The notes under the pieces were generated by a model, which was given only the letters and a program-made list of their open reading frames with translations, ran no database searches and was not told where the DNA came from. 32,000 bases of DNA, taken from assembly GCF_000010065.1 (NCBI RefSeq), contig NC_006576.1:2220001-2252000 (forward strand), in the 5' to 3' direction. Of this stretch, positions 24,224 to 31,468 are shown one piece after another (the stretch's first letter is position 1; each line of letters opens with the position of its first letter). The position numbers were made by a program, and so were the translations under genes. Source of the stretch: Synechococcus elongatus PCC 6301. GTDB lineage: Bacteria > Cyanobacteriota > Cyanobacteriia > Synechococcales > Synechococcaceae.

Positions 24224-24937
24224 CTACGAGCTGGGCATCAACACGCCCCGCAGTTCGCCGCCGCGGTTGCGAGTGGTGTGAATGTCGAAGTAGATCAGGC
24301 CATCTGCCAGTGCTTGCTTCTGTTCCGGCGACAACGTCAGTTCCCCCGCTGCGGAACCGCTGGTTCCTGAAGGGTCTAGGGTGACGACCAAAGCGTACTG
24401 AAAGGGGCTATTTTGATTGGCATTGCCCCGATGCAGGTGGAAGCCCGAGGTGATGTTGGGGTTGGGCGGGCTGACGGGATCCTTCGCATAGTCGCGAAAG
24501 GCACTGGAAAGATCGCGGAAGTTAGCGCGGATCACCAAGCGATCGCCGACTAATACGGCACCCACCACGGCTCTAGCTGGTGTTTCAGGTGCTGTGGGGA
24601 CAACTTCGCGCGGCGTCAGGATGGCAATGTAGGTTTGGCGCATCTCGCCAGCATTGGCTTGGGCAAGCGGGCTGGATTCTGCTTGGCTGAGGGTAGCCTG
24701 TAAGTCTGCGAGCAAGGTTGGTCGGCTCGAGGATTGCGATCGCGCAGTCTCCATCAAGGGCGTTGGCTGGGAGACTGTTGCCCGCACGGGCCTTGGGAAC
24801 GTCGTGTGCAGACCAGTGAGCAAGAGACAGGTGCCTAGCGCGATCGCGATCGACCGTAGGCGGAGTCTAGGGATCAGCATTGGGAAAAAACCTGAATGGA
24901 TAGGGCTCGTGGGGTTGAGTGCTCTAAGCAGACTCAT
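24224..24937 (-). CDS. Secreted CHRD domain protein
   Basis: The hydrophobic signal-like N-terminus is best seen from the internal ATG at 24880 (MLIPRLRLRSIAIALGTCLLLTG). FHLHRG.A and the C-terminal YFDIHTTRNRGGELRGVL resemble the CHRD pattern. Confidence 0.7.
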   Translation of the reverse strand: MSLLRALNPTSPIHSGFFPMLIPRLRLRSIAIALGTCLLLTGLHTTFPRPVRATVSQPTPLMETARSQSSSRPTLLADLQATLSQAESSPLAQANAGEMRQTYIAILTPREVVPTAPETPARAVVGAVLVGDRLVIRANFRDLSSAFRDYAKDPVSPPNPNITSGFHLHRGNANQNSPFQYALVVTLDPSGTSGSAAGELTLSPEQKQALADGLIYFDIHTTRNRGGELRGVLMPSS

Positions 24938-24984
24938 AGGGGGTACGAACCCAATTCGGTTTTGGATGCATCGATCGCTGGCAA

Positions 24985-25695
24985 TTAATCCGAACGAGTT
25001 GCGGTGACAGGGGGTTGCGATCGCCGACGAGGCTTGGGCCGAGAGGGGACCAGCAGTTCTGCCTCAACAATCCGCAACTGACCGTACCGAGTCACCTCGC
25101 AGTCAAACTGCCACCACCCTGGACGCAGTTGCTCAGGTGCCCCGCGCAATTGCAGTCGTTTGATTTTCCAGGCTGGCTTGTCGATCTGTCCGGGTGGCGC
25201 GGCCTCATTGCGACCAATCCAGACCTGCACGGCCCCGTTTTGATCCTTCCAGCTTTTGACAAAACCGCAGATCCGTACCCGACCAGCTTGTAGATCTGCG
25301 GGAGCCTGATTTTGCCAGCCCCGCAACCAAAATTGCAGATGCTTGTGGCGTTGCAGCGGCCAGCTGACCCAGTAGTGAGGGGTTTGCATGAGCTGCTGCA
25401 GCTGCTGGGGATGGCGTTGTAGGGTCGCTTGCACCAATCCACTCAGCGCTACATTCAGGCTGTGATTGTCCGTAATCTGCAGAGTGGCTGTTTCTCCCTG
25501 TTGGTCCCAAGCCAAGCTGCCTTGGAAACAAGCAACCGCCCGATAGGTGACGCTGTCGGGCTTCGGGGGCAGTTCCGTGCGGCGGGGTGGCTTGCGGCTG
25601 GGACGCGATCGCGACGCAGCAGGGCTAGAACGGGTGATCGGTCGCGCAGGGCGTGGACGACCACTCGGCAAAGGGGATGGGGGAGGCGTAGCCAT
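24985..25695 (-). CDS. Hypothetical protein, very basic, Pro/Arg-rich termini
   Basis: I trimmed the 353-aa track ORF to the ATG at 25695 (MATPPPSPLPSGRPRP...), because the longer form overlaps minC and crosses an AT-richer promoter-like stretch. I recognise no family. It has no TM helix or signal peptide. Confidence 0.5.
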   Translation of the reverse strand: MATPPPSPLPSGRPRPARPITRSSPAASRSRPSRKPPRRTELPPKPDSVTYRAVACFQGSLAWDQQGETATLQITDNHSLNVALSGLVQATLQRHPQQLQQLMQTPHYWVSWPLQRHKHLQFWLRGWQNQAPADLQAGRVRICGFVKSWKDQNGAVQVWIGRNEAAPPGQIDKPAWKIKRLQLRGAPEQLRPGWWQFDCEVTRYGQLRIVEAELLVPSRPKPRRRSQPPVTATRSD

Positions 25696-25854
25696 GGATG
25701 GCACTGGGCAAGGGCGATCACTGTTATTCTGGCGGCTCCCGCTCGACTTGCCCGTACTCTTTAATTTGTTTTGGGCTAAATATCGGGCCAAGTCTGCTTG
25801 GGCAGCGGATCTCTGGATCCATCCCAGCCCAATTGCTAACCTGCTCTCTACCCC

Positions 25855-26682
25855 GTGGTTCCGATGAGTGACGTAGACGCTTCTACCCCCTCGGCAGAGG
25901 AGGCGATCGCACCTGACATCGACAGTGACAGCGATGCGGCAGTTGAGCCACCTGCTGCTGAACCCGCGATCGCACCGCCAATCCAGCTCGAAGCGGAGGG
26001 CGATCGCTGGTGGTTGAGGCTGCCAAGTGCACCCCCGGTTGGTCAAGAAGCCAATGCGGACGGCTTGACTTGGCTAGATTTGCAACAGTCGCTCCAACAA
26101 TTGCTGCAAGGTCAGGAAAACTTCTGGGATGCGGGAGCTGAGCTCCACCTCTTTGCCGATAGTTGGCTACTGGATGGGCGTCAGTTGGAATGGCTAAGCC
26201 AGCAGCTAGCGCGGGCTGACCTGAAATTGACACGGATCACAACCCAGCGCCGGCAGACGGCAGTGGCAGCCGTGAGCCTTGGGCTCTCGATTGAACAGCC
26301 AATCACCCAGGCCGATCCTTGGCAGCGCAAGACCTCGACCAGCCCCATTGCCGCGCCGCTCTACCTCAAACGCACCCTGCGATCGGGAGCTGAGGTACGC
26401 CATAACGGCTCAGTGATTGTGGTGGGAGATGTCAACCCCGGCAGCAGCATTGTGGCCAGTGGCGACATTCTTGTTTGGGGTAACCTGCGGGGCATTGCCC
26501 ATGCGGGGGCTGCCGGTAATTCAGACGCGACAATTTTTGCCCTGTCGCTGGCGGCCACCCAACTGCGGATTGGCGATCGTCTAGCCAGACTGCCCAGTAG
26601 CCAAGCAGCCGGCTATCCCGAAACGGCCCAAGTGATTGATGGTCAAATTCAGATTCGCCGCGCCGATCCTGGCGGGAAGTAG
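25855..26682 (+). CDS. minC: Septum site-determining protein MinC
   Basis: The C-terminal beta-helix region is MinC-like: RTLRSGAEVRHNGSVIVVGDVNPGSSIVASGDILVWGNLRGIAHAGAAGN..A.IFAL.L.ATQLRI. The start is GTG at 25855 or ATG at 25864. Confidence 0.85.
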   Translation: MVPMSDVDASTPSAEEAIAPDIDSDSDAAVEPPAAEPAIAPPIQLEAEGDRWWLRLPSAPPVGQEANADGLTWLDLQQSLQQLLQGQENFWDAGAELHLFADSWLLDGRQLEWLSQQLARADLKLTRITTQRRQTAVAAVSLGLSIEQPITQADPWQRKTSTSPIAAPLYLKRTLRSGAEVRHNGSVIVVGDVNPGSSIVASGDILVWGNLRGIAHAGAAGNSDATIFALSLAATQLRIGDRLARLPSSQAAGYPETAQVIDGQIQIRRADPGGK

Positions 26683-26849
26683 GGGCACATCTTGAGACGA
26701 TCGCCCGATGCGACCGCTTCGCGGAGTGAACCTTCGACTGAACCTTAGCGCCCGCCAAAATGCAAAACTGACAGAGAGCCTGTCCTGCTCTGTCCTACTT
26801 CCGTTTCAATACTGTTTCACCTGCAAAGGTGCTTTTCCTAGGTTGGCAG

Positions 26850-29072
26850 ATGAGCGATCGCCCGCAGCCGGCACCCACCGTCCTGAAACGCCTGACCCAA
26901 TTGGCAACGCAGGTTCAGCGACGGGCCAAGTTTGATAATCTCAACCTGCGTGACTCTGACTCAGTTCCCCAATTGACGGTCTGTCAGGGAGACCGCCGGC
27001 AGTCTTATCCGCTGCTTGGGGACTATTACCGCCTGGGCCGAGGCCGTGACTGTGACATCCCGATTGATAGCCCGATCGTCAGCAAGCTTCACCTCAGCCT
27101 CGGTCGCTCGGGCAAAGAGCGCGGTGACTTTGTCCTGCAAGACGAAAACTCGACCAACGGCGTCTTTTGGCGGGGCCGCCGTGTCGATCGCTTGGAATTA
27201 CAGCATGGCGATCGCATCTACCTGGGGCCACCAGAGCTGACCGATCGCGTTGAGCTGCTCTGTGAAAACGCTCCTCCTCTCTGGCAGGACTGGCTGAAAC
27301 GAGGGGTGACTATCACTACAGCTGTGGTCGGAGCGATCGCGATCGGCATTACCCTCGAGGCCAGCCGAGTCTCCGTGCGATCGCTGGGGACGGTGCAAGG
27401 ACCGATCGCTGCCTATGCCGCTGATGGCGAGCCCCTACAAACTCTGCGCAGTAGTAGCCACGTCGAATTACCGGCCCTCTCAGATTTTTCGCCCGTTCTC
27501 CCCAAAGCCCTGCTTGCCTCCGAAGACAGTCGCTTCTACTGGCATCTGGGTATCGATCCCTACGGCACGGCGCGTGCGATTCTGACTAACTTCCGCAGTG
27601 GCGAAGTTCGCGAAGGCGCCAGCACCCTCACCCAGCAGATTGCTCGCAGCCTATTTAGCGACTACGTCGGGCGTGAGGACTCGATTGGTCGCAAAGTCCG
27701 CGAAGCGATCCTGGCGCTGAAGCTGGAGTTTTTTTACAGCAAGGATGAGCTGCTGCGCACCTACCTCAACCGGGTTTACCTTGGGGTCGGCTATGGCTTT
27801 GAAGACGCTGCCCAGATTTACTTTGGCAAGTCTGCCCGTGATCTCTCGACCTCCGAAGCGGCGCTGTTGGTGGGACTCTTGCCCTCCCCCAATGGATTTA
27901 GCCCCTGCACCAACCTCGCTGCTGCCCAGCGCCAAAAAAATGGTGTGATTGAACGGATGCAGTCCCTCGGTTTGATCAGCGAAGAGGAGGCCCGCACGGC
28001 GCGGCGATCGCCGGTGACAATTAAGCCGGAGGCTTGCCAAACCAGCAGCCGAGTCACCGCCCCCTATTACTACGGCGCCGTGGTTGAGGAACTGGCTCAA
28101 TTAGTGGGTGACACAGTCGTTGAAGAAGGCAACTTTGCCGTTGAGACCAGCCTCAATCCTGCGATGCAAACTGCGGCTGAACAATCTCTGCAGTCGCTCT
28201 TGGCACAAACAGCCGGTGTCAAACAAGGGGCGATCGTCACGATTGACAGTCGTAATGGCGAAATCCGAGCCCTCGTCGGTGGGGTCGATTACCAAGCGAG
28301 TCAGTTCGATCGCGCCACCCAGGCCTATCGTCAGCCGGGTTCGACCTTCAAAGTCTTTGCCTATGCAGCAGCCCTAGAACAAGGCATTTCGGCCGGACGA
28401 CCCTACGATTGCTCGCCTCTTGTCTGGCAAGGTCAGCAATTTCGGGGCTGTGAACGCAGCAGTGGCAGCATTGACCTCGCCCGCGCCTTGGCTCAATCCG
28501 AAAATGCGGTGGCTCTGCGCGTCGCCCGCGAGGTGGGGCTGGATGCCGTTGTGCAGATGGCCCGCAAGTTTGGCATTAAAGCGGATCTACAACCCGTCCC
28601 CGGCCTGGTATTGGGGCAAAGTGAGGTGACATTGCTGGAAATGACCAGCGCCTTTGCTGCGATCGCCAACGAAGGGCGTTGGAACCCGCCCCATGCCATC
28701 CGCCGCATCTACGACAGCAGCCGTTGCACCACTGCGGAGCAACGTCGGAGTTGCACCCTTACCTTTGATGTCCAGCAGCAACCCCGCCGCGATCGCGTTG
28801 TGATTTCAGCCGCGACGGCTGCGACCCTAACGGCCATGCTGCAACAGGCGGTGAGTAGTGGGACTGGCGGAGCCGCTGCGATCGGCTATGGAGCAGCGGG
28901 CAAAACTGGTACGACGAATGATGGCGTTGATCTTTGGTTTGTGGGCTTTGTGCCCTCTCGCCACCTGGTCACTGGCGTTTGGCTCGGCAACGACGACAAC
29001 CAGCCGACCGGTAACAGTAGCAGCTTGGCAGCCCAGCTTTGGGGCGACTACATGGCCCGAATACTGCGCTGA
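26850..29072 (+). CDS. Class A penicillin-binding protein (transglycosylase/transpeptidase) with N-terminal FHA domain
   Basis: The ATG at 26850 gives MSDRPQ. The FHA signature reads YRLGRGRDCDI...SKLH...NSTNGVFWRGRRV...GDRIYLG, followed by one TM helix. GT51 motifs are EDSRFYWHLGID, GASTLTQQ and RKVREA. Transpeptidase motifs are STFK, SEN and KTGT. Confidence 0.9.
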   Translation: MSDRPQPAPTVLKRLTQLATQVQRRAKFDNLNLRDSDSVPQLTVCQGDRRQSYPLLGDYYRLGRGRDCDIPIDSPIVSKLHLSLGRSGKERGDFVLQDENSTNGVFWRGRRVDRLELQHGDRIYLGPPELTDRVELLCENAPPLWQDWLKRGVTITTAVVGAIAIGITLEASRVSVRSLGTVQGPIAAYAADGEPLQTLRSSSHVELPALSDFSPVLPKALLASEDSRFYWHLGIDPYGTARAILTNFRSGEVREGASTLTQQIARSLFSDYVGREDSIGRKVREAILALKLEFFYSKDELLRTYLNRVYLGVGYGFEDAAQIYFGKSARDLSTSEAALLVGLLPSPNGFSPCTNLAAAQRQKNGVIERMQSLGLISEEEARTARRSPVTIKPEACQTSSRVTAPYYYGAVVEELAQLVGDTVVEEGNFAVETSLNPAMQTAAEQSLQSLLAQTAGVKQGAIVTIDSRNGEIRALVGGVDYQASQFDRATQAYRQPGSTFKVFAYAAALEQGISAGRPYDCSPLVWQGQQFRGCERSSGSIDLARALAQSENAVALRVAREVGLDAVVQMARKFGIKADLQPVPGLVLGQSEVTLLEMTSAFAAIANEGRWNPPHAIRRIYDSSRCTTAEQRRSCTLTFDVQQQPRRDRVVISAATAATLTAMLQQAVSSGTGGAAAIGYGAAGKTGTTNDGVDLWFVGFVPSRHLVTGVWLGNDDNQPTGNSSSLAAQLWGDYMARILR

Positions 29073-29294
29073 AACCCGCTCTGGCAGCCAAATTGTGACG
29101 AGAGTGAAATAATCTGGCACTTTCAGTTTTTTTTAACCTGACGTTCCCAGTTGCTCCGCTATTATTGGCGTGGTTTGTTCGGCAGCGCGCAGGTTACTTT
29201 GGTCGGCCCATCCGACCCAGCGTCTGAGAGGTTCAGGTTCAGAGTTTGCTTTCCGTTTTCCCGAACAGTCCGATTCTCGCTTTAGGATACGCAA

Positions 29295-29582
29295 GTGACG
29301 ATTTACGTTGGTAATCTTTCCTTCCGCGCGACCGAGGAAGATGTTCGGGAAGTGTTCGCAGAGTATGGCCCCGTTAGTCGGGTTAGCCTGCCTGTCGATC
29401 GTGAAACAGGTCGCCTCCGTGGCTTCGCTTTCATTGAAATGGAAGAAGATGCTCACGAAGATGCTGCTATCAGCGAGCTCGATGGCGCTGAGTGGTTTGG
29501 TCGCCAGCTGCGCGTCAGCAAAGCGCGTCCCAAAGATGATCGTCGTCCTGCCGCACGTAGCGGTGGCTACGCCGACAACTAA
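29295..29582 (+). CDS. rbp: RRM-type RNA-binding protein
   Basis: GTG start giving (M)TIYVGNLSF (RNP2). RGFAFIEM is RNP1. It has a short basic C-tail. Confidence 0.9.
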   Translation: MTIYVGNLSFRATEEDVREVFAEYGPVSRVSLPVDRETGRLRGFAFIEMEEDAHEDAAISELDGAEWFGRQLRVSKARPKDDRRPAARSGGYADN

Positions 29583-29618
29583 GCAATTGACTGTCTAAGT
29601 TAAATCTGTGTGTGAAGA

Positions 29619-29644
29619 GTCTGGGCAAGCGCTCAGGCTTTTTT
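29619..29644 (+). terminator. Rho-independent terminator of rbp
   Basis: GTCTGGGC-aagc-GCTCAGGC forms an 8 bp stem with 2 G.U pairs and a tetraloop, followed by TTTTTT (29639-29644). Confidence 0.6.
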
Positions 29645-29886
29645 GTTGGCAGGGTAGGTGCTCATTGAATGGCATGGAGCAGAGCAATAGGGACGCCTCG
29701 AGTTGAACTGATGGGATCCCACCCCACAGGCAGAGGCGGTGGTTGCCTCTAATCTCGATCTGTCAAGGCGACATAGTCCTGACCGGCTTAGAGACTGCTG
29801 CGGTATGTATAGTCTTGCCTCTCTGTCGACTGAAATTCGCGATCGCCCACTGAAATTGCTGGCATTGCCGCGACGCGAGTGCTGCT

Positions 29887-30474
29887 TTAGATTTGCTCCA
29901 GAAATTGAGTCTCTAGGGTTCGCAGCAGTTGTTCCACCACCTGCTGATCGGCTGGAGAAAAGGGAATGACTGCAGCACCGTAGTTGTCTGCGGTGAGTCT
30001 CGCTTGGCGATCGCACTTGCGGTTGATCAGCTCCACAATGCCGATGATGTCTTGGCGAGCTGTCTTGAGAGGCAGCACCAAGATCGACTGGGTGCGATAA
30101 CCCGTGGCGCTATCGACACGGGGCTGGAAGTGATAGGGCAACCCAAGGGGAAGCTGATAGACATCGGGAACATTCAGCACTTCGCCAGTAGTCGCCACGT
30201 AGCCCGCCAAACTATTGCGCAGGATCGGCAGTGGATTGCCCTGGAGTTGAATATCTGGCTGGGAGAAGTTACGGGCCAAACTGCAGATCAGCTCGGGTCC
30301 CCGTAAGTCCCAACGCAGCTGGAAGATACTGCCTGCATCCGCTTGGGTCAACGCGATCGCCGTATCCAGAAACAGGCTGAGGGCAGCATCCGTGCTGTGT
30401 AGAGCGATCAGGGATTCCCGAAACTGAGTCAGTGGGTTTTCGGCGGGATTGAGAGGGAGCGTCATCGCAGGCAT
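29887..30474 (-). CDS. Stand-alone GAF domain protein
   Basis: 195 aa. A.AGSIF.L...........GYVA.TGE.LN..DVY.......F....D..TGYRT.S.L..PL......IG..ELIN fits a GAF fold pattern. I see no output domain. Confidence 0.7.
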   Translation of the reverse strand: MPAMTLPLNPAENPLTQFRESLIALHSTDAALSLFLDTAIALTQADAGSIFQLRWDLRGPELICSLARNFSQPDIQLQGNPLPILRNSLAGYVATTGEVLNVPDVYQLPLGLPYHFQPRVDSATGYRTQSILVLPLKTARQDIIGIVELINRKCDRQARLTADNYGAAVIPFSPADQQVVEQLLRTLETQFLEQI

Positions 30475-30608
30475 GAGGAAGGCGATCGCTGCGCTCAGTC
30501 GAGGAGGCGCAAGCAGTCGCAGCTTACCGCCAGCGGCGAGAAATCGCAGTAGGGATCAGGCTTAGGGACTGACTGGGCAGAAAAAGATTAAGAAAAACGT
30601 CACAGAAC

Positions 30609-30626
30609 TTTACGTTGTGTTACACT
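30609..30626 (+). promoter_or_regulatory. HLR1-type direct repeat (TTTACGTT-GT-GTTACACT), candidate RpaB-type response-regulator site upstream of the HLIP gene
   Basis: There are two 8-nt (G/T)TTAC-type half-sites separated by 2 nt, in an AT-rich stretch 34 nt upstream of the hli ATG. Confidence 0.6.
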
Positions 30627-30659
30627 TCAAACAGAACAACCAACCAAAAGGAATTCATT

Positions 30660-30878
30660 ATGCGTAGCGGACGGACAGTTGACGAATTCGGTCGTCAGAA
30701 TAATTTCGCCATCGAACCTCAAGTGGTTGTTGCTGAAGCAGACGCATCCTGGGGCTTCCATGACCGCGCCGAGAAACTGAATGGTCGCCTGGCGATGATC
30801 GGCTTTGTGGCTTTGATCCTGACTGAAGTTGCTTTGGGTCAAGGCCTGCTGCCTTTCCTCGCGAGCGGCTTGAGCTAA
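30660..30878 (+). CDS. hli: High-light-inducible protein (HLIP, CAB/ELIP/HLIP family)
   Basis: The ATG at 30660 follows AAGGAA. It has a single helix with the chlorophyll-binding motif [20 protein letters not shown]. Confidence 0.9.
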
Positions 30879-31062
30879 TTCAGTAGCAGTCAACAACTTA
30901 AGATGATGAGTAGGGGCTTGCTGAAGTATCGGCAGGCCTCTATGATTTCGGCTCAGTACCCTTTTGCCATTAGGGGCTTGGAGCTAAAGCAGTTACAGCG
31001 GTAGCTCCAGACGATTCATCGACGGAAAAGGCGGCTCATCATTCACTGCTGCCCGAGGCACC

Positions 31063-31413
31063 ATGGATTGGGATATCCAAATCATCAAGCACTACAGCTC
31101 GACGTCACATTCACGACTACTCAACCAACTGAAGCGCGAACTGCGCGATAACCCCTTACCCCGCCGGGCTCCTACGGCGGCGGCTAACCCGGCCAACGCC
31201 ATGGAACCGCCGCTGCGGATGCCAGCCAAGGGGGGTAACAATCGCCGATTCCGCTATGTTCCTCTGGGTCAAACCGACTCGCGATCGAGTGGTGGTCAGG
31301 CTCAGTCATCCCGTCCCTCGACGAATACTGGAACTGACCCTCGTTACACGACTCCTAGCCCAGCGCCCCAAACCAGCTTTCGCGACCGTCTGCAGGCGGT
31401 AGAAGTGCGCTAG
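31063..31413 (+). CDS. Hypothetical protein, short structured N-terminus then disordered Pro/Ser/Arg-rich region
   Basis: 116-aa ORF ([31 protein letters not shown]...). I recognise no family. It is supported only by ORF length and by filling an otherwise empty gap. Confidence 0.45.
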   Translation: MDWDIQIIKHYSSTSHSRLLNQLKRELRDNPLPRRAPTAAANPANAMEPPLRMPAKGGNNRRFRYVPLGQTDSRSSGGQAQSSRPSTNTGTDPRYTTPSPAPQTSFRDRLQAVEVR

Positions 31414-31468
31414 GACAAGACGCGATCGCGGCGGTGATAGCGTAGAGAAGTTATCCAGCCTGAGGCTC

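Noticed and set aside
25696-26046. Upstream 117 codons of the 353-aa minus ORF overlapping minC
   Set aside because: It would overlap the minC 5' end by ~190 nt and read through an AT-richer promoter-like stretch. I trimmed the ORF to the ATG at 25695.
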